Source: Candidatus Omnitrophota bacterium (lineage in GTDB: Bacteria > Omnitrophota > Gorgyraeia > Tantalellales > Tantalellaceae). Taken from it: 63,452 nt of DNA. The notes under the pieces were generated by a model that saw only the letters and a program-made list of their open reading frames with translations, did no database searches and was not told where the DNA came from. This document shows positions 1 through 9,513 of the stretch, one piece after another (position 1 is the stretch's first letter; every line of letters starts with the position of its first letter). The translations under genes were made by a program, and so were the position numbers. The stretch spans positions 1 through 63,452 of the forward strand of contig JBAROI010000095.1 of NCBI GenBank assembly GCA_049642015.1, given 5' to 3'.

Positions 1-1007
1 CCATAATTATAAGTATGCTTATCATGACATACGCTATTGCAAAACATAATCTTTTAAACATTAATATCGTTATAAGAAAAGGCTTGGTTTACTCTGTCTT
101 AATTTCGATAATAACAATTTTTTATACAGTTATTGCATTATTAGTTGAAAATCTCTTCAGGGGAATTATCGGCTATAGATCCCTCCCTATCACTATTTTT
201 ACAATAACCCTGCTCGTTATCTTTTTTCAGCCTCTTAAAAATCGTATTCAAAAGATAATTGATAAATACTTTTTTCACGGCACGATAGACCAAATAGATG
301 AGGAAAACATCAAGCTTCGCGAAGAATTACAAAAAAGCGAAAAACTCAAAGCCGTGGCAACGCTGGCAGCAGGAATGGCGCACGAGATCAAAAATCCATT
401 AACCTCAATAAAAACCTTCAATGAGTATTTGCCAAGCAAGCACAAAGATCTGAATTTTGTAAATAAATTCAATAAGATCGTCGGTGATGAGGTTGATAGA
501 ATAAATTATATCGTCAAACAGCTGCTGGAATTTTCAAAGCCAAGTGAACTTGAACTTAAAGAAACGAACGTTACCGAACTGCTGGATGAAACCCTGGATC
601 TGTTAAACAATGATTTCCTGAAACATAACATAAAGTTAGAGAAAAAATATTCCCCCCTTCCGCCGCTCAAGATAGATCCCCTGCAAATAAAGCAGGTTTT
701 TCTTAACATTCTGCTAAACGCTATTGATTCTATGAAAGGTGGCGGTGTCATCACAATAGAGGCAAGAGAAAGCAAAGAAATAACGATAGCAATAGCTGAT
801 ACAGGCAAAGGGATAGAAAAAGAAGATCTAAAACGTATCTTCGATCCCTTTTTCAGTAAAAAAGAAGATGGCACCGGCCTGGGCCTCAGTGTAGTCCATG
901 GGATAATAGAAAAACACGGCGGGAAAATCAGTGTTGAAAGTGCGCCAGACAAAGGAACGTGCTTTGAAATCGCTTTACCGTTTTCTAGACGTAGCGAAAT
1001 AAAATAA
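1..1007 (+). CDS. sensor histidine kinase, 5'-truncated at the window edge (last TM helices + HisKA + HATPase_c)
   Basis: The frame is open from nt 3 with no stop before the listed ATG at 15, so the gene begins upstream of the window. H-box AAGMAHEIKNPLTSI, N-box LNILLNAIDSMKGGG, G-boxes DTGKGI and GTGLGLSVV. Paralogue of 1026..2627. Confidence 0.85.
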   Translation, partial: IIISMLIMTYAIAKHNLLNINIVIRKGLVYSVLISIITIFYTVIALLVENLFRGIIGYRSLPITIFTITLLVIFFQPLKNRIQKIIDKYFFHGTIDQIDEENIKLREELQKSEKLKAVATLAAGMAHEIKNPLTSIKTFNEYLPSKHKDLNFVNKFNKIVGDEVDRINYIVKQLLEFSKPSELELKETNVTELLDETLDLLNNDFLKHNIKLEKKYSPLPPLKIDPLQIKQVFLNILLNAIDSMKGGGVITIEARESKEITIAIADTGKGIEKEDLKRIFDPFFSKKEDGTGLGLSVVHGIIEKHGGKISVESAPDKGTCFEIALPFSRRSEIK

Positions 1008-1025
1008 AAAATGGAAAAAATTTAA

Positions 1026-2627
1026 ATGAATCCCTACTTTATTTCGTTAGCATTTACAAGTGTTAGCAGCTTTGCATTGGGTCTTTTCGTTTGGCTCAAG
1101 AACAGAGACTCAACAATTAACAAAACATGGTTTCTAACATGCGTTGCTGTATCAATGTGGTCTCTTTGCATGGCTATTTATGTGCCAAATCCAATTAGTT
1201 ATAAATCGGCATTACTGCTTGGAAAATTAACAAATATATTCGCAACGTTTATTCCCATCTTTTTTACCCATTTTTCACTTGCTTTTGTTGGAAGAAAAAC
1301 ACTAAAAAATAAAATGCTTTTATTTGGCTATTTATTTTGCCTGTTCATTTTATGCGTTGGTTTCTCGTCTTATTTTGTTCCTTCCGTTAGGCCTTGGAGA
1401 AACTTTTATTATTATGTAACACCTGGGGTCTTCTTCCATGCACATACTGTTTCATTTGCGTTTTTTACTATATATGCAGAATATGTCCTTTTTAAAGGAT
1501 TGAAATATAGCTCACCCTCCAAGAGAAATCAAATAAAATATATGCTCATTAGCACATCAGCTGCCTTTATCTGTGGTTCTTTTGCGTTTTTTGGTGTTTA
1601 TGGAATAAATATTACCACCCTTCCCATTCATTTCGTTTTTCTTTATGTGCTTACAATATCTTACGCTATTGTAAAACACAATCTTTGGGACATAAACATT
1701 GTAATAAGAAAAGGTTTAATATACTCCGCCTTGATCTCATTAATAACGGTATCGTATATTATCATCGCCTTGCTTGTCGAAACCTTGTTTAGAGGAATAA
1801 TTGGTTATAAATCCCTTCCTATTACTATTTTTACAATAACCCTGCTCGTTATCTTTTTTCAGCCTCTTAAAAATCGTATTCAAAAGATAATCGACAAATA
1901 CTTTTTCCACGGCACGATAGACCAAATTGATGAGGAAAACATTAAATTACGTGAAGAATTACAAAAAAGCGAAAAACTCAAAGCCGTGGCGACGCTCGCA
2001 GCAGGAATGGCGCACGAGATCAAAAATCCATTAACATCAATTAAAACGTTTACAGAATATTTGTCTGAAAAAAAGAACGATCCTGAATTTTTCAATAAAT
2101 TTCAGAAGATCGTAGGCGGAGAGGTAGGTAAGATAAACGATATCGTCCAACAGCTCTTGGAATTCTCAAAACCAAAAGATCTTCAACTTAAAGAAGTCAG
2201 TATAAATAACTTGCTTGAAGAAACCCTTATACTTTTGAGCAATGATTTCCTAAAAAACAATATTAAAGTTGAAAGATCCTTGGCTACAACCCCTTCTATT
2301 AAAGTCGATTCCTCGCAAATGAAGCAGGTTTTCGTGAACATACTTTTAAATGCTATTGATTCCATGAAAAATGGAGGAACCATTAAAGTTGAAACAAGGT
2401 CGGATAAGAATATTTCCATTGCCATAAAAGATACAGGCAAGGGAATTGATAAAGAAGACCTCAAGCGTATTTTTGATCCCTTTTTCAGCAAAAAAGATAA
2501 TGGAACAGGGCTGGGTTTAAGTGTTGTTCATGGAATAATAGAAAAACACGGCGGAAAAATAAACGTTGAAAGCATACCGAACATCGGCACTTCTTTTAAA
2601 ATTACCCTACCGATCACTTATCGCTAA
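1026..2627 (+). CDS. sensor histidine kinase with polytopic (about 7 TM) N-terminal sensor, HisKA + HATPase_c
   Basis: 533 aa. The hydrophobic N-terminal half has multiple TM helices. H-box AAGMAHEIKNPLTSI, N-box VNILLNAIDSMKNGG, DTGKGIDKEDLKRIFDPFFSKK, GTGLGLSVVHGIIEKHGGKI. Confidence 0.9.
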   Translation: MNPYFISLAFTSVSSFALGLFVWLKNRDSTINKTWFLTCVAVSMWSLCMAIYVPNPISYKSALLLGKLTNIFATFIPIFFTHFSLAFVGRKTLKNKMLLFGYLFCLFILCVGFSSYFVPSVRPWRNFYYYVTPGVFFHAHTVSFAFFTIYAEYVLFKGLKYSSPSKRNQIKYMLISTSAAFICGSFAFFGVYGINITTLPIHFVFLYVLTISYAIVKHNLWDINIVIRKGLIYSALISLITVSYIIIALLVETLFRGIIGYKSLPITIFTITLLVIFFQPLKNRIQKIIDKYFFHGTIDQIDEENIKLREELQKSEKLKAVATLAAGMAHEIKNPLTSIKTFTEYLSEKKNDPEFFNKFQKIVGGEVGKINDIVQQLLEFSKPKDLQLKEVSINNLLEETLILLSNDFLKNNIKVERSLATTPSIKVDSSQMKQVFVNILLNAIDSMKNGGTIKVETRSDKNISIAIKDTGKGIDKEDLKRIFDPFFSKKDNGTGLGLSVVHGIIEKHGGKINVESIPNIGTSFKITLPITYR

Positions 2628-3936
2628 GCAGTTTTCCCTTTTTATGCGCAAGAAGAAACGCGCTCACCACAATAGGATCAAACTGAGTGCCTGAATTTTC
2701 CTTTATTATTTTTACCGCTATCTCTGACATGCTTTTCTGGCGGTATGGCCTATCGCTGGTTATAGCATCATAGGTATCCGCAACAGCGATTATACGGGAT
2801 ATAAACGGTATGCTTTCTCCCCTCAGGCCATCGGGGTATCCGGTGCCGTCATATCTTTCGTGGTGGGCCCTGACTTCCTTCGCAATATCTCCAAGTTCGC
2901 TTATGGGATAAAGTATTGCCGCGCCTGTAACGGAATGCTCTTTTACTCGTTCATATTCTTCTTTGGTCAGCTGGCTTTTCTTGTTCAATATGCTGTCCGG
3001 AACACCTATCTTGCCTACATCGTGCAATAATCCCGCCACGTGAAGCGTCTCTTTGAAGTTCTGATATGCCTGGGCTTCCGGTATGCCGTCCAGTTCATCC
3101 GCAATAGCCAAGGCATAGCTAGTAACCCTCTCAGTATGGCCCCGCGTGTAAGGATCTCTGGCGTCAATAGCGGCCGCGAGAGATATGGAAGTCTGGATAA
3201 ATAATGTATGTTCCCTTTCGTAAAGGGTATGGACCTCGTGGATCTTCTCCTGCAGGTCCTGTATTAACTGGGCGTTTGACAGGGCCATTGCCACGTCATT
3301 AGCAAGGGTTCTGAAAAAACCTATTTCCTGTCTTGAAAATTTTTCACCAGACAGTTTCTTGCCCAGGACAAACACCCCCGTGAGATCCTTTTTATAATAA
3401 ACGGGAAGACAAACATTCGCTTTTAAAAGATCCATCTGCTTAAGGGCAAGTTCGACTATACTGATAAGCTCTGCATCTTTTTCTTTATTTCTGTTATCGT
3501 GTATTAGATCTTTAAGCTCATCGTATTCTACAGCCCCGGTTTGGGATATCCTGAAATTATAACCTTCATTAAAAAAACGTATGAGCGGGTTATCAAAAGT
3601 AAGCCTTATAAATCCTATAGGTATCTTTACTCCTTCGGTGCCTTTGCTGTCAATAAGATTAAAATAATCCCTTTCTTTATGATGCAATAGCATGGCGGTA
3701 TGCGTAACTTTAACGAGTTCGTCTATGATCCTGACGATCATCCGTATAAGACGCTCCGGTTTTTTAAAACGGATCATGCTGCGTGAGGCGTTCTCCAGAA
3801 AATATTGGTAATCCAGCTCCGGCTCTTCCCTCGTTCTTAGACTTTCATCATCAAGAGGTATAAGCGCCCCGTCAGTATTTTTCATCTTCTCTATTATCCA
3901 GTCATGTATTTCCCGCCAGCTCGTTTCCTCGTTCAT
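2614..3936 (-). CDS. GAF-like domain + HD-GYP domain protein (putative c-di-GMP phosphodiesterase)
   Basis: 440 aa. HD motif LLHDVGKIGVPDSILNK and GYP motif HHERYDGTGYPDGL. The central region VCLPVYYKKDLTGVFVLGKK resembles a GAF core. The 3' end overlaps the convergent kinase gene by 14 nt. Confidence 0.85.
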   Translation of the reverse strand: MNEETSWREIHDWIIEKMKNTDGALIPLDDESLRTREEPELDYQYFLENASRSMIRFKKPERLIRMIVRIIDELVKVTHTAMLLHHKERDYFNLIDSKGTEGVKIPIGFIRLTFDNPLIRFFNEGYNFRISQTGAVEYDELKDLIHDNRNKEKDAELISIVELALKQMDLLKANVCLPVYYKKDLTGVFVLGKKLSGEKFSRQEIGFFRTLANDVAMALSNAQLIQDLQEKIHEVHTLYEREHTLFIQTSISLAAAIDARDPYTRGHTERVTSYALAIADELDGIPEAQAYQNFKETLHVAGLLHDVGKIGVPDSILNKKSQLTKEEYERVKEHSVTGAAILYPISELGDIAKEVRAHHERYDGTGYPDGLRGESIPFISRIIAVADTYDAITSDRPYRQKSMSEIAVKIIKENSGTQFDPIVVSAFLLAHKKGKLLSDK

Positions 3937-3956
3937 ACACGCTCCTGTTTTTATTT

Positions 3957-4331
3957 TTACATTTCCATCTTGATCTGCTCAGCGATCGTCATAACAGACC
4001 TTTCCAGCTGTTCCAGAACAAGAGGTTTGGTTATATACTCAACAGCATTATGCTGTTTCGCTTCTTCCGCTTTTTCAACATCTTCTACCGCAGTGACTAT
4101 TATAACTTTGGCATCCGGTTTTCGCTTGTTTATCTCTTTAAGGATCTCCATGCCTCCCATTACGGGCATCTTCAGGTCCAGAAGAATTATGTGAGGATTA
4201 ACGGAATCAATAAGACCCAGTGCCTCTTTGCCGTTATAAGCCACAAAAACTTCAAAATCTCTTTCTTTGAAGAAATTTTTCACAAAATCGCAGATATCAA
4301 CTTCATCATCCACAACTAATAATCTGATCAT
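3957..4331 (-). CDS. single-domain response regulator receiver (CheY-like)
   Basis: 124 aa. LVVDDE acidic pocket, phospho-acceptor context ILLDLKMPVMGG, VIIVTAV, ITKPL. No output domain. Confidence 0.9.
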   Translation of the reverse strand: MIRLLVVDDEVDICDFVKNFFKERDFEVFVAYNGKEALGLIDSVNPHIILLDLKMPVMGGMEILKEINKRKPDAKVIIVTAVEDVEKAEEAKQHNAVEYITKPLVLEQLERSVMTIAEQIKMEM

Positions 4332-4343
4332 AATGCCTGCCTC

Positions 4344-4721
4344 CTATTTATCTGTATTTGCAGCTTTATTTACTAAGTTTTCCAGATTTTTCAAGCTGGT
4401 TACCGGTTTTTCGATATAAGCATAAGCCCCTTCTCTTAATAGCCGCGCTTTAGTAGCCCCTGAGTCGGTATAAGCGGTTATAAATATAGTCTGAATGCTA
4501 CTATCCAGCTTTTTTATCTCGCGCAGCACCTCTTGTCCGTCAAGACCAGCCATCTTCAGATCAAGAAGCACAACATCATATTTCTTCTCTTTTAATAACT
4601 GAAGCCCTTCCGTGCCTTCCGAGGTCACGTCTATTTCATATCCTCTTGGTTCAAAATACTGTTTCAAAAAATCCGTAAAATTAACTTCATCATCGATCGA
4701 TAATATTCTTGGCTTTTTCAT
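4344..4721 (-). CDS. single-domain response regulator receiver (CheY-like)
   Basis: 125 aa. LSIDDE, VVLLDLKMAGLDG, IFITAY, IEKPV. No output domain. The start overlaps the kinase stop by 4 nt. Confidence 0.9.
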   Translation of the reverse strand: MKKPRILSIDDEVNFTDFLKQYFEPRGYEIDVTSEGTEGLQLLKEKKYDVVLLDLKMAGLDGQEVLREIKKLDSSIQTIFITAYTDSGATKARLLREGAYAYIEKPVTSLKNLENLVNKAANTDK

Positions 4722-6874
4722 CTGCTTTTAGCCTTCACACCCTCCCTTGCGGCATTAAACATCAAGTGAACGATTGTTCCCTTGCCGAGTTCGCTTTCAA
4801 TGGTTATTTCCCCGTCGTTTTTCTCGACGATCTGTTTAACAATAAAAAGACCCAATCCCGTACCTTCTCCGGGGCTTTTGGTCGTAAAGAACGGATTAAA
4901 TATTTGTTTAAGCAACTCCTCATCTATGCCCGTGCCCGTGTCTTCGATGTCAATATAAATTTTCTTTTTGTCGCTCTTCGCCCGTATAGTTATGCTTCCG
5001 CCTTCCTTGATCGCCTGGGCCCCATTCCTTATGATATTAAAGAATATCTCCTGAAGCTGTTTTGGATCAGCTAAAACACAGGGAAGATCATCCGCCATCT
5101 CTCTCAATATTGCTATATTGGACAATTTAAGGTCATGCTCTACAAGAGATATAACCTCTCCCACCTCATCCTCCACGCGAATATTGTTCTCGCTCCGTCT
5201 TTCGGCGGGCTTGGCAAAAGAAGAAAGTTTCCTTGTTATGATGGTCGCCCGGTCTGCTTCATCGATCACCTTTGACATTATGCCCTGGGCCATTTTAAGC
5301 AATTCTTGAGGTTTTTTGGTCTTGTAAAGACCTTCTTTAAGGTTCAAAAGAAACATCTCACATTGCCCGCGTATAATACTGAGTGGATTGCATATCTCAT
5401 GGTTTATCCCCGCTGAAAGAGTACCAATAACCGCCATTTTCTCCCTCTGCGCGGCTTGAGCCTGGGATTCGGATAACCTTACAAAAAGCTGGGCATTAGT
5501 TATAGCTATCGTGAGTGTGCGCGCTAAGGGTAATAAAATATCGATATCATCCTGCGTAAATTCTTCATCTGACTTCTTTTTTCCTAGAGATAATATACCA
5601 ATAACTTTTTTGCTGTGCACCAAAGGTATAATTAATTCGGAATGGAGTTCACGCAGTTTATTTTCAAAGCTTTGATCTGTGGATTTTTTTTGCCCAATGC
5701 CTTCCAGAGCAATATATTCACCGCTTTGCTCCATATATTCTACCAAATCGTCTTCGTCTGATAAAACATACTTAAGTTTTTTAAGACCGATCGATGCGAC
5801 CGTCTTAAGCTCTTTATTCTCCTCATCGTGAAGTAATATTGCAGCGCTTTCCAGTTTTATAATATTCGCCAGCTTATTTACTGTAATATCAACCAGTTCG
5901 TTAAGATTCAGCACAGTAAGCACTTCATCGGTAAACGTCTTTAAAAGCTGCTTGTAGTCATATTTCTTTTGAAAAAGATATTTATCCGTCGCAGTTCTAA
6001 GGAAACTCTCTAGAGGACGAAGCATTAAAACTATGATTAATACAGACGGCGCCATTGCAAGCCACCTATTCTGGATCACATTGGCAAATACAACAGAACC
6101 AAGATAGGCAAAACTTGCTAAAACGGCATAAGAAGCAATTAAAAGACCTGCGAAAACAAGGGTCTTCTTGATGATTACTTCTATATCCATAAGCTGATGG
6201 CGAACAATAGCGTAAGCTATTAAGATTCCATAAATGCCAACTGCATAATTTCCGCATGGAATCACATTATATGGTGGTATATTAAAAACAAGATTGAAAT
6301 TAAACCCTCCACCGGTATACCCTAACAGTGTAGCCCAAAAGAGAAAAAACACTTGCTTGCGGTAGTATGTCTCCTTTGGCAAAGTTATCATTTTTCTATA
6401 TAAACAAAATATTCCATAAATGCTAGCGGTAAAAAAGTATAATATAAACAAAGCATACAAAAAACTTGGCTTTGAAAAATATAGTCCTACACTTTTAAAT
6501 TCCGTTCCTTGAATAAAAAATGGCGTAAAAAGAGATATCCAAAAAATAGATGATAATCCGTAGCAAATTTTTATAATTTTTGCTTTCTTTTTATTTAATT
6601 TTAAGAAAGTATAATTAAAATGTATAAAAGTAGATGGAATAAAAACCGTCCCCATTAAACATAACCTATCCCAAAATGTTGCTTGCATCGCATCATTGGC
6701 CTGTATCATAGGAATTGAGAATAATGACCACCAAGAAATAGACAGTGTGTATATAGCGTAAATTCTATTTAAAAATCGTTTTGGATTTTTTACATAAACG
6801 AAAAAAGCTAAAAACAAAAGGAATAATCCTGTAAAAAGATACGATATTGTAAAATTAAGTTTAAAAAAATTCAT
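4718..6874 (-). CDS. sensor histidine kinase: polytopic N-terminal sensor + GAF + HisKA + HATPase_c
   Basis: 718 aa. About 7 N-terminal TM helices. GAF-like region ESAAILLHDEENKELK...IIPLVHSKKVIGILSLGKK. H-box LSAGINHEICNPLSII, N-box FNIIRNGAQAIKEGG, DTGTGIDEELLKQIFNPFFTTK, GTGLGLFIVKQIV. Confidence 0.9.
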   Translation of the reverse strand: MNFFKLNFTISYLFTGLFLLFLAFFVYVKNPKRFLNRIYAIYTLSISWWSLFSIPMIQANDAMQATFWDRLCLMGTVFIPSTFIHFNYTFLKLNKKKAKIIKICYGLSSIFWISLFTPFFIQGTEFKSVGLYFSKPSFLYALFILYFFTASIYGIFCLYRKMITLPKETYYRKQVFFLFWATLLGYTGGGFNFNLVFNIPPYNVIPCGNYAVGIYGILIAYAIVRHQLMDIEVIIKKTLVFAGLLIASYAVLASFAYLGSVVFANVIQNRWLAMAPSVLIIVLMLRPLESFLRTATDKYLFQKKYDYKQLLKTFTDEVLTVLNLNELVDITVNKLANIIKLESAAILLHDEENKELKTVASIGLKKLKYVLSDEDDLVEYMEQSGEYIALEGIGQKKSTDQSFENKLRELHSELIIPLVHSKKVIGILSLGKKKSDEEFTQDDIDILLPLARTLTIAITNAQLFVRLSESQAQAAQREKMAVIGTLSAGINHEICNPLSIIRGQCEMFLLNLKEGLYKTKKPQELLKMAQGIMSKVIDEADRATIITRKLSSFAKPAERRSENNIRVEDEVGEVISLVEHDLKLSNIAILREMADDLPCVLADPKQLQEIFFNIIRNGAQAIKEGGSITIRAKSDKKKIYIDIEDTGTGIDEELLKQIFNPFFTTKSPGEGTGLGLFIVKQIVEKNDGEITIESELGKGTIVHLMFNAAREGVKAKSR

Positions 6875-6889
6875 TTTAAATATCTTTCT

Positions 6890-8119
6890 TTATAAATCCT
6901 CACTTGCAATAGTTCTCTTACACAAAATATTCTCTAATTCTTCTTTGGAAATAACTTTGTCTTGGGTTTTAAAATCTCCTACAGTAATTTCATTTTCCTG
7001 GCAAAATTTCATCATTTCATGAAAATTTTCTATACTTACGTCGCCAAGCGTTGGTTCCAATGTATGCTTTTTATCTAACGCCAAAGCATATGTTTCAGCT
7101 AAACATCCAAAAACATTTTCATCCATGCCAAACCCATAATCGTAATACATATCAATGCCCTTTATCTTCAGCAATCCACCTTCTAATACTATTTTCTTTT
7201 CTGCAAGATCCGTTCGAGATATAGCTTCCGGCCTAGAATCATCAATAATAACAAAATTATCCGGGATATCGCTTTGTTTGATAATTCTATTTGCGTTAGA
7301 TGTAACACATATAGCAAGGTGATATTTTCCAAAAATATTTTCTAAATTTGTATTTTTTGTTCTTAAAATTTTCTCGATTTCTGTACCACTACCTTTTTTA
7401 TATACATTATCTATAAGCCGAATTAATCTCTTTTCGTTTATATCTATTACACCAATTTTTTTAACTTTGTTAATCAAAACCCGTACAAGATTTGTCCCCA
7501 TTTTGCCTGCGCCTACAATAGCAACTTTTAAATCTGAGGTTTTAAGTCCCATCAAATGTGATATTTTTTCTGTCATAAGATATAGCGAAACTAACGTTCC
7601 TGTATGACCATTCGTGATGATAATATCTCTCTTTTTTGCAGCCTCTTTCAGGGCAAGACCCCTTCTTGTGACAATGGGCCACCACGCTCCTAGCCCCATA
7701 TACGTTTTTCCATGCGTAATTTTTCCTACAAATTTTATTGTCCTAAAATACTCCCTTAGTGTCTTCCTGCGGCTTTTTATTAAAAATTTTGGTAAATATA
7801 AGCTTGAAATAACCACTCCCTCTAATCCTGTTGGGCTTTTTATCGTAGCTATTACAAAGGGGGGTATTTTCTTAATTAGCTTTACTGCTTTTGTTTTGGG
7901 CAAAAACTTTCTTAAAATAGACAAAAATGGTAAAGCAATAAAAATATCTTCTGATCTACGAGGGTGTACTAAGAAAACAAATTTAGGAATAACTCCATAT
8001 AGTGTTCGTAAAACAAAATATGGTAAATAGGGAATGGGTAAATAGAATATTAGATAATCTCTCAAATATTGAAAGAAAGAAGAGATAGGCCTTTTTACCC
8101 ACTTCGTTCTATATATCAT
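6890..8119 (-). CDS. Rossmann-fold NAD(P)-binding oxidoreductase, acyl-ACP reductase / COG5322-like (putative)
   Basis: 409 aa. Dinucleotide-binding loop KVAIVGAGKMGTNLV. It resembles cyanobacterial acyl-ACP reductase in the blocks TNGHTGT (cf. TTGNTHT) and VFGCLAETYALAL (cf. MFACFAEAMLLEF). It has a hydrophobic N-terminal extension of about 60 aa. The functional call is from remembered similarity only. Confidence 0.45.
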   Translation of the reverse strand: MIYRTKWVKRPISSFFQYLRDYLIFYLPIPYLPYFVLRTLYGVIPKFVFLVHPRRSEDIFIALPFLSILRKFLPKTKAVKLIKKIPPFVIATIKSPTGLEGVVISSLYLPKFLIKSRRKTLREYFRTIKFVGKITHGKTYMGLGAWWPIVTRRGLALKEAAKKRDIIITNGHTGTLVSLYLMTEKISHLMGLKTSDLKVAIVGAGKMGTNLVRVLINKVKKIGVIDINEKRLIRLIDNVYKKGSGTEIEKILRTKNTNLENIFGKYHLAICVTSNANRIIKQSDIPDNFVIIDDSRPEAISRTDLAEKKIVLEGGLLKIKGIDMYYDYGFGMDENVFGCLAETYALALDKKHTLEPTLGDVSIENFHEMMKFCQENEITVGDFKTQDKVISKEELENILCKRTIASEDL

Positions 8120-8140
8120 TATATTGCCTACTTTCGCACA

Positions 8141-8323
8141 TTATTTATTTTCTCCCTTCTCTTGTTTTTCGATCCATTTGTCGATTGTTTCTTTTTTGAA
8201 GCGCCATTTTGAGCCAACTTTGAAGGCCGGGATCTTGCCCTCCTGGGCATGCTTATAGATAGTGACTTCTTTCATCTTCAAATATTCAGCCAGTTCTTTC
8301 AGGGTCATCATTGAACTCGCCAT
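8141..8323 (-). CDS. excisionase-family (MerR-like) helix-turn-helix DNA-binding protein
   Basis: MTLKELAEYLKMKEVTIYKHAQEGKIPAFKVGSKWRFKKETIDKWI is the typical excisionase-type HTH. I prefer the ATG at 8323 (MASSMM...), preceded by GAGGAG 7 nt upstream, over the listed start at 8377. Confidence 0.75.
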   Translation of the reverse strand: MASSMMTLKELAEYLKMKEVTIYKHAQEGKIPAFKVGSKWRFKKETIDKWIEKQEKGENK

Positions 8324-8485
8324 TATAAGCTCCTCATTAATGTAAGCATTACATAAAAGCAAACTAACCCGTTTCAAAATCTATTGATTTGATACGAATT
8401 AGTACTAATTAATACGAATTAATACGCATTTGTAAGTATACGGATAAATTGGACGGAGTCAAGTGATCTGACGGATCTAACCCGG

Positions 8486-8929
8486 TTAGATTAACCTAGT
8501 TAGGATTTGGAGGAGGATATTGGTATAGATGGCGGCGAGGGCGTCGTCCAGCATTATGCCCCACCCTCCTTCACGTTTCTCCAGGAGTCTGATGGGTGGC
8601 GGTTTTGTAATATCGATTATTCGATATATTATAAAGCCTGTAATTACATATAAGGGTTTGAGCGGAATGAGCAGAAATACAAGAAAAATACACGCAAACT
8701 CGTCAATAATGACATATGAAGGGTCTTTCTGGCCGGATTCCTTTTCTACTTTTCCCGAGGTAATAACTCCTGCGGCGAAAAGTATAATAAAGATGATAAT
8801 ATATAGTATTACATACTTATGCAGGAGGAGGCACAATAAAAGCCCTGCAAAACTTCCTACCGTACCCGGCGCAATTGGAAAATACCCCAGGCCCAGCACG
8901 GTTGCTATGTATCTATGTATCTTCTTCAT
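8486..8929 (-). CDS. pgpA: phosphatidylglycerophosphatase A
   Basis: 147 aa. GLGYFPIAPGTVGS, IIDEF, DITKPPPI, GGWGIMLDD. Confidence 0.85.
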   Translation of the reverse strand: MKKIHRYIATVLGLGYFPIAPGTVGSFAGLLLCLLLHKYVILYIIIFIILFAAGVITSGKVEKESGQKDPSYVIIDEFACIFLVFLLIPLKPLYVITGFIIYRIIDITKPPPIRLLEKREGGWGIMLDDALAAIYTNILLQILTRLI

Positions 8930-9513
8930 TTCCCGTTATTTAGTAAGTATCCTTTACCTTTTATCAGATAAGAGGCGCCGCTTATTATTGTAATCGCGAC
9001 TGTTATAAGCATCAGTATGAAGATCATCTGCCTGTACCAATATTCAAATGTCAGGCTCCAGAAACCAAACGTCCTGATGCCCGCCTCTTTAAATACGATA
9101 AATATCAATATCACGAAAATAGAGAACATCTGTGAGGCGGTCTTCTGTTTGCCCCCAAGTCCTGCAGGCAGGACTTCTCCTTTGTTGAGGGCGAAAAAGC
9201 GGATACCTGTTATCACCAGTTCTCTCATGAGTATGATAACGACCATCCATGCCGGAATGAGCTTCATCTCCACAAAAGCCAGGAACGCGGCGAGGGCCAG
9301 TATCTTGTCCGCGATCGGGTCCATCAGCCTCCCGAAATCGGAAGTCATTCCGCTTCTCTTGGCGATAAACCCGTCAAGGTAATCGCTGAAAGCCGCTATC
9401 ACGAACGTTGCCAGGGCAAGGGTTTTAAAGATCACACCTTTTGAAAAAAGGAAAAACATGAAGACAAAGACAAGCGCTACCCTCGCAAGCGTTATCTTGT
9501 TGGGTAAATTCAT
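8926..9513 (-). CDS. pgsA: CDP-diacylglycerol--glycerol-3-phosphate 3-phosphatidyltransferase
   Basis: 195 aa. NLPNKITLARV, and the CDP-alcohol phosphatidyltransferase motif DYLDGFIAKRSGMTSDFGRLMDPIADKI. Multiple TM helices. Confidence 0.85.
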   Translation of the reverse strand: MNLPNKITLARVALVFVFMFFLFSKGVIFKTLALATFVIAAFSDYLDGFIAKRSGMTSDFGRLMDPIADKILALAAFLAFVEMKLIPAWMVVIILMRELVITGIRFFALNKGEVLPAGLGGKQKTASQMFSIFVILIFIVFKEAGIRTFGFWSLTFEYWYRQMIFILMLITVAITIISGASYLIKGKGYLLNNGK

